Under the pieces are notes generated by a model. The model did no database searches, had not been told where the DNA came from, and worked only from the letters and a program-made list of their open reading frames with translations. This document shows, piece after piece, positions 30,584-40,400 of a DNA stretch of 64,000 bases (the stretch's first letter is position 1; each line of letters starts with the position of its first letter). Source of the DNA: Patescibacteria group bacterium (GTDB taxonomy: Bacteria; Patescibacteriota; Gracilibacteria; UBA1369; PNNO01); NCBI GenBank assembly GCA_042568575.1, contig JBHPIO010000006.1:1-64000 (forward strand), written 5' to 3'. Position numbers and translations under genes: made by a program.

Positions 30584-31414
30584 ATGGCTGTTACAAAAGA
30601 GAAAAAACAAGAAATCCTCAAAGAACTCACAGGTTTGTTTGAAAACGCAAAATCAGTTGTATTTTCGGACTACAAAGGTGTGAGCGTTAAAGACTTTGGC
30701 GACCTTAGAAGCAAACTTCGTGAAAAAGAAGTAGCTTATAAAGTTGCTAAAAAAACACTGATTAAACTTGCTGCTGAGCAAGCAGGTTTTAAGGATCTAC
30801 CTGAAGGAGTACTAGAAGGTCAGGTTGGAGTTGCATTTGCTCAAAACGACGAAGTTGCAGCTGCAAAAACACTTTTCGAATTCTCAAAAGATCATAAAAA
30901 TGTGAAACTTCTTGGGGCTTTAATGGAAGGCCGCACTCTAACACAAGAGGAAACACTGGAACTTGCGAAGATTCCTGGAAAAGAAGAACTTCTTGCAAGA
31001 TTGGTTGGATCAATGAACTCTCCAATCAGTGGATTCCACGGAGTACTTTCTTCACTTCTACGAAACTTTGTTGGTGTTGTTTCTGCATATCAAGAGAAAG
31101 TTGAAAAAGAATCACCTGCGGAAGAAGCTCCTAAAGCTGAGGCGCCTGCTGCAGAAGAAGCAGCTCCGGCTGAAGACAAGCCTGCAACTGAAGAAGCTAA
31201 AGCAGACGAACCAAAAGCTGAAGATGCTCCAGCTGCGCCAGAAGCTGATGTCCCTGCGGAAGAAGCTGCGCCGGCTACTGAGGAAGCTAAAGCAGACGAA
31301 CCAAAAGCGGATGACGCTAAGCCAGAAGGAGACGACAAATCTGAGCCAGCTGCAGAACCTGAAGCTGAAGCTGCACCAGAAGATGATGCTCCTGCAGAAG
31401 AAGACAAACAATAA
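30584..31414 (+). CDS. rplJ: 50S ribosomal protein L10 with ~100-aa acidic Ala/Pro/Glu tail
   Basis: DYKGVSV, YKVAKKTLIKLA, LAKIPGKEELLARLVGSMNSP; followed by rplL. Confidence 0.96.
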   Translation: MAVTKEKKQEILKELTGLFENAKSVVFSDYKGVSVKDFGDLRSKLREKEVAYKVAKKTLIKLAAEQAGFKDLPEGVLEGQVGVAFAQNDEVAAAKTLFEFSKDHKNVKLLGALMEGRTLTQEETLELAKIPGKEELLARLVGSMNSPISGFHGVLSSLLRNFVGVVSAYQEKVEKESPAEEAPKAEAPAAEEAAPAEDKPATEEAKADEPKAEDAPAAPEADVPAEEAAPATEEAKADEPKADDAKPEGDDKSEPAAEPEAEAAPEDDAPAEEDKQ

Positions 31415-31459
31415 TCTAAATTTAATTATATTTTTATCAACCTTTAACTCATTTACACA

Positions 31460-31879
31460 ATGGCTGAAGAAACCAAAGAAGAAGTTAAAATCAGCAAGGA
31501 TGCAGAAAAAATCCTCGACTTAGTTGAGAAACTTTCTGTACTCGACCTTGCAAACCTTGTAAAAGCAATGGAAGACAAATTCGGTGTTAGCGCTGCTGCT
31601 CCAGTTATGATGGCTGGCGGAGCTCCTGCTGCTGGAGGCGGAGACGATGCTGGTGGAGACGATGCTGGTGGAAACGTTACTGTTGTTCTTGCTGCTGCAG
31701 GTGGACAAAAAGTTGCTGCTATCAAAGCGGTACGTGAAATCACAGGTCTTGGTCTTAAAGAATCAAAAGACCTTGTAGACGGAGCACCAAAACCAATAAA
31801 AGAAAATGTACCTAAAGAAGAAGGTGAAGAACTTAAGAAAAAACTAGAAGAAGCTGGTTGTACTGTAGAATTCAAATAA
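31460..31879 (+). CDS. rplL: 50S ribosomal protein L7/L12
   Basis: [43 protein letters not shown]. Confidence 0.98.
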   Translation: MAEETKEEVKISKDAEKILDLVEKLSVLDLANLVKAMEDKFGVSAAAPVMMAGGAPAAGGGDDAGGDDAGGNVTVVLAAAGGQKVAAIKAVREITGLGLKESKDLVDGAPKPIKENVPKEEGEELKKKLEEAGCTVEFK

Positions 31880-31897
31880 TCTACAAAGCAAAAAATC

Positions 31898-31935
31898 AAT
31901 AAATCGCCTTCTTGCATGAGGAGGTGGTTTATTTG
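31898..31935 (+). terminator. hairpin terminator after rplL
   Basis: AATAAATCGCCTTC...GGAGGTGGTTTATT stem with G-U pairs. Confidence 0.55.
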
Positions 31936-31936
31936 T

Positions 31937-32037
31937 GAGTACCGGGTACTCGAAACCATCTCGCTTTTATAAGCCATTCTTACTGTTGTACCTGGTACTC
32001 GATCATCTTTGACTTTTCCACTGAAATTTGGTAAAAT
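31937..32037 (+). promoter_or_regulatory. pil operon promoter with two upstream palindromic boxes
   Basis: TTGACT(32009)-17 bp-TAAAAT(32032) with extended TG; GTACCnGGTACTCGA at 31939-31953 and 31988-32002. Confidence 0.55.
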
Positions 32038-32083
32038 ATAGGGAATATTTAAGAAATACTAAACAAAAATAAAAAACCTATAC

Positions 32084-33307
32084 ATGCCGTTATTCAAAAT
32101 AAATAAATCCAAAAAAGCATCAAAGAAACCTGAAGCCAAGCCAGAGGAACAGGAAAACACTTACACAAATATTTTTGAGAAAAAAGAAGAGAAACCTAAA
32201 GAAACAGGTGAAGAAAGCGCAGTAATCTCAGGTGTTTATGCAAAAGAGGAAGAAAAAACTCAAGAAAAAGAGAATGTTCTTGGACCCCTTCCAGAGCTAG
32301 AACAGAAAATTGTTGGAGCTTATGATCCATCGAAACGAAATCTTAAAGTAATTCGAAGTTTATTCATTGGATTAATCGTAGTTTCGCTTTTGGGAATAGG
32401 ATTCTTCTACACAGAGCTAAATCCTGATTTTGATCTATTAAGCAGCGTAAGAGGACCAAATACAACTCAGCAGCTTAATAATTCCAATGCACAAATTGTT
32501 ACGCAACAAACATCAATCAATCAAAAAAACTATCTACTCTTAAACTATTACTTACAAGAATTAAGCTATATTGCCGACAGTTACGGCAAAGCTCGAAGCG
32601 GACAAATCACTCCTCAGGAATTAATAACTCTTCAGGATCAATTTCTTATTACATACGAGAATGCTCTTACAAAATGGAAAGAGCCAATTGCCGTAGCAAA
32701 CATCCCTGTTGCAACTTTTGAAGATGAACTTAAAATTGCACTTCAAGATGAATTGAAGCAACTAAGTAAGGAGACAAAATCACAAACCATACTTGCAGAG
32801 ATAGATAATTACAGATCAACACATCAATTAATTGGAAATCAACGACTGGCAACTTTCTTTTCAAAAGATACGGACGACATAAGAGGCGATCTTCCTCGTG
32901 ATGACACAAAGCTTTATGCGTTAACAGAAGAAATTCTAGACATTCTAAATAATGACTTCAGCACAATTAGCACACTCAAACAAAACCGTATCGAATGGGC
33001 TGAGATAGTTAATGAAATCGAAAAAGTTACAAAAAGCGTTGATACTCTATATAACACTGGATTCTTTGAAGAACTAGGTGGAGTTCAATATGCATCTTAC
33101 GATTTTGACGCAGGCTCAAACGAGATCATCCTTTCAGGAAAAGCAAAACGGGATGACGGAACTACGTTTAGCCTAATCGCAAACCTGATGGACGCTTTAG
33201 AGAAGTCAGAAATGTTTAAAAGTGTTGATAACAGATCCTTCCCAAAAACTGGATCTGAAGATGAAGGATACGTATCACCTTTCCGCATCGAACTTACAAT
33301 TGAATAA
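32084..33307 (+). CDS. PilN-like type IV pilus alignment protein
   Basis: Single TM, coiled coil, C-terminal RIEWAEIVNEIE...IILSGKA...IANLMDALEKSEMFKSV...FRIEL; upstream of pilO/pilB/pilC. Confidence 0.65.
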   Translation: MPLFKINKSKKASKKPEAKPEEQENTYTNIFEKKEEKPKETGEESAVISGVYAKEEEKTQEKENVLGPLPELEQKIVGAYDPSKRNLKVIRSLFIGLIVVSLLGIGFFYTELNPDFDLLSSVRGPNTTQQLNNSNAQIVTQQTSINQKNYLLLNYYLQELSYIADSYGKARSGQITPQELITLQDQFLITYENALTKWKEPIAVANIPVATFEDELKIALQDELKQLSKETKSQTILAEIDNYRSTHQLIGNQRLATFFSKDTDDIRGDLPRDDTKLYALTEEILDILNNDFSTISTLKQNRIEWAEIVNEIEKVTKSVDTLYNTGFFEELGGVQYASYDFDAGSNEIILSGKAKRDDGTTFSLIANLMDALEKSEMFKSVDNRSFPKTGSEDEGYVSPFRIELTIE

Positions 33308-33323
33308 ACTATAACTTACCGAA

Positions 33324-33944
33324 ATGGCTAAATCATTCTACAAATCAAGACAATTCCAGACACGACTTTACGGTGGGCTTTCAATCGTCCTTCTACTAGT
33401 TATTGGGTTCTATTCATATTCAAACGTAATGAAAATGCTTGGAATGCAGGCTGAAATTGATACTCATAATCAACTTCATAGTGCTCTTGCTAATACTGAG
33501 AACAGAATTGATGAGGAGCTTTCAACTGTCAAAGAAGAAAACATTGATCTAAATCAAACTATTCAAGAAGAAAGAGATGTTGTTTTTCCAAAGGGGGAAA
33601 ACCATACTGCTTTAACAAGAACTCTAGAACAATTTGCTAACGATACTCACAGATCAAAAAATCCATTCATGATTAGTAATCTGCAGTATCAGACTCCTAA
33701 AAAATCCGAAAGTGGCGAATATATGATTCTGCCTTTTAAACTTACTATTCACTGTTCATATGAGAATTTCTTTAAGTATCTTGAATATGTAGGGAATAGT
33801 GGAACCTTGAGCGACAAGACCAGGCTTATTGATATTCAACAAATCATTATCAATTTTGTTAGTCCTCAAGGGACGCAGGGCAACATAAGCGGACAAGACG
33901 AAATAAATTTTAATGTGTCTATGCAGGCATATTTCCGATCTTAA
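33324..33944 (+). CDS. PilO-like type IV pilus alignment protein
   Basis: N-terminal TM, coiled coil, LPFKLTIHCSYENFFKYLEYV...RLIDIQQI...MQAYF. Confidence 0.75.
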   Translation: MAKSFYKSRQFQTRLYGGLSIVLLLVIGFYSYSNVMKMLGMQAEIDTHNQLHSALANTENRIDEELSTVKEENIDLNQTIQEERDVVFPKGENHTALTRTLEQFANDTHRSKNPFMISNLQYQTPKKSESGEYMILPFKLTIHCSYENFFKYLEYVGNSGTLSDKTRLIDIQQIIINFVSPQGTQGNISGQDEINFNVSMQAYFRS

Positions 33945-33960
33945 TCATTAAAGAAGTTGT

Positions 33961-35403
33961 ATGCCTTCAGAAAAACTACAACAATTACAGGACGCAATTC
34001 TTGCAGGAAATATACCTCAACTGGTATTAAATACTATTAGTTACGCTTTAGATTCCCGTTCAAGTGATATTCACATTGAGCCTCTTGAGCATACTGTTCG
34101 TGTTAGATACAGAATTGATGGTGTACTTAGACAGATTGTGGAATATCCAACAAATATCCATCCGGCTGTAGCTTCTCGTGTAAAAATCATGTCGAATCTA
34201 AAGATCGACGAACAAAGAATTCCGCAAGATGGAAGAAGTTCTGTTTCTACAAGAGATGGTCGCGAAATGGATCTCCGTATTTCAACACTTCCAACTGTAA
34301 ATGGTGAAAAGATTGTAATGCGTATTCAGGATAAATCACGAAAAATTCCGAATTTGGATAAACTTGGACTTGAAGGAAATAGCTTAAAATTTATCGCCGA
34401 TAGTATTAAGCAGCCAAATGGAATTATTTTGAATACTGGACCTACTGGTTCAGGTAAAACAACAACTCTATACTCGATCTTAAGTGACTTAAATAAGCCG
34501 GAAGTTAACATTTTAACAATTGAAGATCCGGTTGAAATCCAAATGGATGGACTTAACCAGAGTCAGGTACATCCAGATATCAATTACACATTCGCATTTG
34601 GTATGCGTACTGGGCTACGTCAAGACCCAGACATCATAATGGTAGGTGAAATACGTGATAAAGAAACTGTTGATACCGCCATTGAGGCGTCTTTAACAGG
34701 TCATCTAGTATTTTCTACAATTCATACGAATAGTGCCGTTGAAACGCTAACTCGTATTGATAACATGGGAGTTCAGCCGTTTTTAATGGCTTCTTCTATT
34801 GAATGTATTATTGCACAACGACTTGTACGAAAAATTTGTGAACACTGTAGAGTTGAAGAAGAAGTTGATCCACACTTGCTTGAACACGTAAAACTTGTTT
34901 CCGGCAAAATTCATAAAAGTGAAGGAGTTGATCCCGCTTTACTACAAGGATTGAAATTTTATAGAGGTCAGGGATGCGAAAAATGTGACAATGTCGGATA
35001 TTCAGGCCGAGTTGGACTTTACGAAGTAATGAAAATGAATAATGAACTTCGAAGAGCTGTTCTAAAACGAACTAGTGCTCTTGAAATTGAAGATATAGCT
35101 ATTAGAACCGGCATGATAACTCTTGAACAATCCGGAATTATTAAAGCATTAAAAGGAGAAACCAGTTTGAATGAGGTTTATAGAGTAGCAAGAAAAATGG
35201 AAGATGCAGATGTTAGAACAGCCAGTGAACCACCTGCGGAGCAAGCTCCCGCAGAGCCAGAGCCACAGCCAGAACCAGAACCAGAACAAAATCCAGTTAA
35301 TCAATTAATTGCTGAAGCTGGTGTTCCAGGTGAACCTGCTAAGCCAAAACCTCAAGCAGGCGTTCCAGGTGAACCTGCAAATCCCGAACAACCAACAACT
35401 TAA
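33961..35403 (+). CDS. pilB: type IV pilus assembly ATPase (PilB/GspE)
   Basis: SDIHIEP, RYRIDG, GPTGSGKTTT, TIEDPVE, RQDPDIIMVGEIRD, TGHLVFSTIH, two CxxC; no N-terminal N1/MshEN domain. Confidence 0.95.
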   Translation: MPSEKLQQLQDAILAGNIPQLVLNTISYALDSRSSDIHIEPLEHTVRVRYRIDGVLRQIVEYPTNIHPAVASRVKIMSNLKIDEQRIPQDGRSSVSTRDGREMDLRISTLPTVNGEKIVMRIQDKSRKIPNLDKLGLEGNSLKFIADSIKQPNGIILNTGPTGSGKTTTLYSILSDLNKPEVNILTIEDPVEIQMDGLNQSQVHPDINYTFAFGMRTGLRQDPDIIMVGEIRDKETVDTAIEASLTGHLVFSTIHTNSAVETLTRIDNMGVQPFLMASSIECIIAQRLVRKICEHCRVEEEVDPHLLEHVKLVSGKIHKSEGVDPALLQGLKFYRGQGCEKCDNVGYSGRVGLYEVMKMNNELRRAVLKRTSALEIEDIAIRTGMITLEQSGIIKALKGETSLNEVYRVARKMEDADVRTASEPPAEQAPAEPEPQPEPEPEQNPVNQLIAEAGVPGEPAKPKPQAGVPGEPANPEQPTT

Positions 35404-35409
35404 TTCATT

Positions 35410-36672
35410 ATGAAGAAAGCTAAAGAATTTGCACAAAAAACGGCTGGAGAAGTTTTCTCATTAGATACTGCTGAAGATCTTGCAATATCAGAACAGGAAA
35501 AGATCGTTTTGAATATTGGCAGAAGTAAAAAGAAAATCGGCCTTCGCAAAAAAGAAGGTACAGAAAAATCAGGAAATTTTCTCTTGGATACATACAAAAA
35601 GATTAATGATGCGATGATCAACTTAAATAAGGTTAAGTTGCCGACTAAAGCAACCTTTTTCAGGCTTTTAGCTGTTATGGTTGATGCCGGAATTCCTATC
35701 ATAAGATCGCTTCATACACTTGCAGAACAAAACAAAAAAATACCTAAATTTCAAAGGATAATCACTGAAATGGCATATAAAATTGAAGAAGGAGAAAGTC
35801 TTTCAGGTGCTATGGATCAATATCAGGATGTATTTTCCGAAGCTGAAATAGGAATGATTAGAAGTGGTGAAGTTTCTGGTCATTTAAATGATATCCTACG
35901 CAATTTAGCGCATGATACAGAGAAAAACTCGAAGACAGTATCCAAGGTAAAAGGAGCACTTACATATCCAGTAGTGGTTCTTGTTATCCTATTTATAGTT
36001 TTATTTTTGATGATGGTGATGGTTATCCCTCAAATAACTAAATTATTTACTCAAACAGGAAACGCATTACCACTAATCACACAAATTGTTATTAATATTA
36101 GTGATTTCCTTCGTAATAACGTTCTTCTTCTTATTGGAGGTGTCGTTGCGTTTGGAATAGCATTCTCTTTTTGGATTAGAACAAAAATAGGTAAATATTA
36201 TTGGCATGTATTCCTTTTGCATATGCCGATTATTGGCGTACTGGTAAGGAAATCTACACTTGCGCAATTTGCTCGAACTTTGGGAAATTTGCTTGGAAGT
36301 GGTGTCTCAATCATTCAATCAATGAGTATTATTTCCAATGCAATGAATAATGAAGTATATAAACGTAAGATAAAATTCGCTGGAGATGACCTTAGAGGAG
36401 GTATTCCTCTCGCAGAAACACTTCAGAATCCTAAATATTTCCCAATAATGTTCGTAAATATGATTGAAGTTGGGGAACAAACAGCCCAACTTGAGAATGT
36501 TTGTAAAAGACTTTCTGATTTTTATGATGAGCAGGTTGATTTGGCTGTAAAAAGCCTTACAAAAGTCATCGAGCCAATTATTATGATATTTGTAGGTGCG
36601 ACTGTCGGTGGGCTAGTTGCAGCTATTATGCTTCCAATTATGTCTCTTGCTACTGTTGCTGGAGGAATTTAA
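35410..36672 (+). CDS. pilC: type IV pilus platform protein (PilC/GspF)
   Basis: Two T2SSF domains: GESLS, GEVSGHL, ALTYP, VGEQTAQL, IEPIIMI. Confidence 0.93.
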   Translation: MKKAKEFAQKTAGEVFSLDTAEDLAISEQEKIVLNIGRSKKKIGLRKKEGTEKSGNFLLDTYKKINDAMINLNKVKLPTKATFFRLLAVMVDAGIPIIRSLHTLAEQNKKIPKFQRIITEMAYKIEEGESLSGAMDQYQDVFSEAEIGMIRSGEVSGHLNDILRNLAHDTEKNSKTVSKVKGALTYPVVVLVILFIVLFLMMVMVIPQITKLFTQTGNALPLITQIVINISDFLRNNVLLLIGGVVAFGIAFSFWIRTKIGKYYWHVFLLHMPIIGVLVRKSTLAQFARTLGNLLGSGVSIIQSMSIISNAMNNEVYKRKIKFAGDDLRGGIPLAETLQNPKYFPIMFVNMIEVGEQTAQLENVCKRLSDFYDEQVDLAVKSLTKVIEPIIMIFVGATVGGLVAAIMLPIMSLATVAGGI

Positions 36673-36742
36673 TTTACACGGAGTTTTCATTGTTGTATAA
36701 TTGATCAATGAAAAAACTAATAATATAAATAACCAAGCTTCT

Positions 36743-37252
36743 ATGAAACTGAAAAAAGGTTTCACCCTGATCGAATTACTTATTGTAATTGCGATTATCG
36801 GTATCCTCTCCGCAGCGTTGCTTCCAACAATCTTGAACGCACCCGCAAAAGCAAGAGACAGCGCTAGGATTCTTAATATCAGCTCTCTTGCAACAGCAAT
36901 TGAATCATATAACGCTGACCAAGGTGGTTATCCTGCAACAGCAGGTTGTTTGGACGGATCAAACGCGTTTAAAGATGTAGCAGCAGATTACTTCTCTGGT
37001 GGTATATCTGGTATCCCTCTAGATCCTTCTGGGGCAAGAACAGCACTTGCAGGTACAGATGCTGTGTCAGTATGTGCTAAAGCAGGAAATTATTATTATA
37101 CTCCTGTAGCAAGCACTTATGGACAGTATGCAATTTCAGCAGCTATGGAATTAGCCCAAAACAATAATTCTGGAGCAGCTCCTGCGGCAACTGGAGACCC
37201 TATTACAGCATGTGCTGCAAGTGGATGTATTGTATTCATACAAGTTCAGTAG
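36743..37252 (+). CDS. type IV prepilin (major pilin candidate)
   Basis: MKLKKG|FTLIELLIVIAIIGIL class III signal, KARDSAR, Cys pairs. Confidence 0.95.
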   Translation: MKLKKGFTLIELLIVIAIIGILSAALLPTILNAPAKARDSARILNISSLATAIESYNADQGGYPATAGCLDGSNAFKDVAADYFSGGISGIPLDPSGARTALAGTDAVSVCAKAGNYYYTPVASTYGQYAISAAMELAQNNNSGAAPAATGDPITACAASGCIVFIQVQ

Positions 37253-37271
37253 AGAAATCACACATTTAATT

Positions 37272-37312
37272 AGCCGGTTTATCGCTGCAAGCAGCCTTAA
37301 TCCGGCTTTTTT
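37272..37312 (+). terminator. terminator after the pilin gene
   Basis: AGCCGG...CCGGCT followed by a T-run. Confidence 0.55.
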
Positions 37313-37429
37313 GATAATGATTCCTAAATAACACAACATTTCCATTGTTTTGCAGCTCATCAGAGCTGTCTTTTTTGGCTTTTTTATGCTAAAATATATA
37401 GATATTTAAGAACGTGTAAAGAGACAAAA

Positions 37430-40400
37430 ATGGCAAAAAAATACAAAAACAAAATTTCGAAGCTAATCGCGGGACTATTAATTCCGGTAATACTTGGCGT
37501 TCAACTCTTAAACGTCCCTATTGCAAGCGCGCAATTTGGAAACAATCAACCAAGCGAACCAACAGAAGTAACTTCACTAATAGCTGTTCTAGTTCAAGAC
37601 AGCCTTCTTGAAGACAACCAACAATACCCAGGGCTAACATCCGACTACGCTGGATACCTGGATGAATTAACTCTTCGCGATCGTATTTACAGATATGCAA
37701 GAGACGCACAACTGTCTCAACCATTTACTCGTTCTGTTATCTTACGCGTTTCAGAAAATCAAAGTCCTGTGGAAATTTCACAGGCACTTGAAACTCTATA
37801 TTTTAAAGGCGACGGAAAAGATGAGCTTCCAAGTCAGCTCGATGGAGTAATTGTTGTTGGAGATGTTCCTCTTCCTGTCGTAAATAAAAATGGATATCGA
37901 TTTGTGAGCTTATTTCCATATACAGATTTTGAAGAAAAGGCATATATCTACAATGCACGTTCAAATGAATTCGAAAGAAATGAAGATATACTCTTCCCAA
38001 GAGTTGAAAGCTGGCATGGAGTAATCAATCCACCAGAACTTGAAGTAGACACAGCCAGTGCACTTGCTGGCTACTTTGATAAGAATCACTTGTTCCACAT
38101 CGGCCACGAAGATTTCATTAACGATGATGCGCCTGACCTATTGCAATGCCCAACTGCTGGACTAGATTGTTACAAATATAACCGCAAACTTTTATTTGCC
38201 GATATTTACTGGGAACAGGAATTGATAGATAAAGATTCATTGCCAAGATACGAGAACTACACAAAGTACCTGGAAGATATTTCATATATGAGATTCACCA
38301 AGACTTTCTTGCGAGAACTTGCAGGTGTTGGTGGCGAAGGAGAAGGCGACGGCCTTGATGATGATCTTGATGGATTTATAGACGAAGATCTTGAAAATGG
38401 CATCGACGATGATGGCGATGGACTGATTGATGAAGATGCCGGAACTAATCCTGAGAATCTTGATGAAGAAACGGCAGCACTTTTTGATACTCTGCCAGAT
38501 GTTCTTTCTAGGAACATTATTCTTTCATACGCAATGAAGTATCCTGAACTACTTAGAAACTACATTCAAACTTCAAACGATCTTGTTGAGGGAATTAGTC
38601 GATACAATGAATACGACTCCCCTGTTGCTTTGATCGCAATTAAAGATTTGCATGCGCAGGAGTATTTACGAAAGGTCAATGATGCTCTTGAAAAAAGAGT
38701 AGATGAAATAGTTGATGAGCTGCAAGATCCAATTCCTATAATTGAAGAAGCAGAGATTACTGGAGAAATTACATTCGAGAATAATAATACAGCGAGCCTA
38801 TCAACATATAATTTTACTAATTATTCAAAGAAGCTATATAACGATCCTGATTTAGGAGTTCGTGATGTTGTCTACTTTAACGGAAAATCAGCACTTGAAC
38901 TTGAAACCGCACAGGAATGTACGCTTTTCAGAGGTAGCAATGCTACAGATGACTTGGTTGGACAGGTTATTGAGGCAAATCGTGTCTATCATCGAGAAAC
39001 CGCTGACTCCAGTGTAGACAATACAGGATACTCCACTTGTTTTGGAGAAAACACAGATACACCCGAGCGTTGTTTCCCAGAAAAAGCCGAAAAAGATTTG
39101 TTTGATTTAATGGGGACTCACATTCGCGAAGATGTTCCAGACAGCGCATTAACATATGCAGGCTGTTACGACTTTAGAGAGGAAGCAAGATTTAATCAGT
39201 ACATGCTAGAAGTTAATGGATATCTTCTTGCCTTGGCTACCGCGCTTACGGAAGAAGAGAAAGATTTAATTGCTCTTCCTGGTGATAAGCATTTGCCGGC
39301 AGAAGACATAGTTTTATATACAAATCCAAATATCACATTAAAAGACCTTCTGGATCTTTACGGAGGTTATGATGTTAAAGACAATGATGGTGACGGCGAA
39401 ATCGATGAAGCTGATGAATACTCATTAAGTTATCGAATTGACGATGATGACTGGTATTCAATTGGTCGCGATATTCTTGGGAATAGAAAAACTCATTTTA
39501 TTATTGATGATCCTCCATTTCTTGGAATTAAACAGATTGATATCACAATCAATCAAATAAAAGGTGTGGAACTTAAACCAGCTGACGCAACTCATGCTTT
39601 TCCGTATATCGGAGTTTCTGAGGTTCCAAGTATCACATATCACAAAGAACCTACACTTGAAACAATACAACAGCAGCTTGAAGCTGGTTTTATAGATGCA
39701 CTCCCTGCGGACAATCCAAGGTATGTTGCGTTCCAGGATCAGGACGGCAAATTGCAAAAGATAATTTATCCAAATACTTTTAAAAGCACTTCAGGCGAAG
39801 ACTTCGTGCAGTCTCTAGTAGATCTTGAGGAGTACCTAGTAAATCTCCCTGGTGCAGACCCAACTGATATTGAAGGAAAACTAGCAGAAGTTATCGAGGA
39901 AGAAGAAAACTTGTATGAAGATATTGAAGAGAACGTGCTGCTATACACTTCACAAGGAATGGTGACTGAAGCGGTTGATTGGATTAATCTTTCAATTGAT
40001 AAAAAACATGCATACGCGATCAGCGCATATATGGATCGCGACACCGATGCATTTATTGGAGACGAAGATGTTGATTATGAATACTTATACTTTGTTTCTG
40101 ACGGAAAGGCCGACGAGATAGAGTTTGCGGTAAATAAAGATGCTCAAGTAGTGGACAGAGATTCTGAATGGTTAGATCCCGAAGCACAACTTGACCCAGA
40201 AGCTGCAGAAGAAGAGGAAGAGTCGGGTGGAGGTGAAGCTATTAACTTCCTTGTATGGCTGCCTTACTTAGTTGAATACCTCGATGAACTTGCGAGCCTA
40301 ACAAGTGCAAGCGGCTTTACTGCTTCTTGTGGAGAATTCGGTGGTGGAAGTAACCTAGGAGACTTCTTACTTGGACTTGATAGCGATGGTGACGGAATCC

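Noticed and set aside
30584-31879. rplJL detached from rplKA/rpoBC
   Set aside because: Such rearrangement is common in reduced genomes and not informative alone
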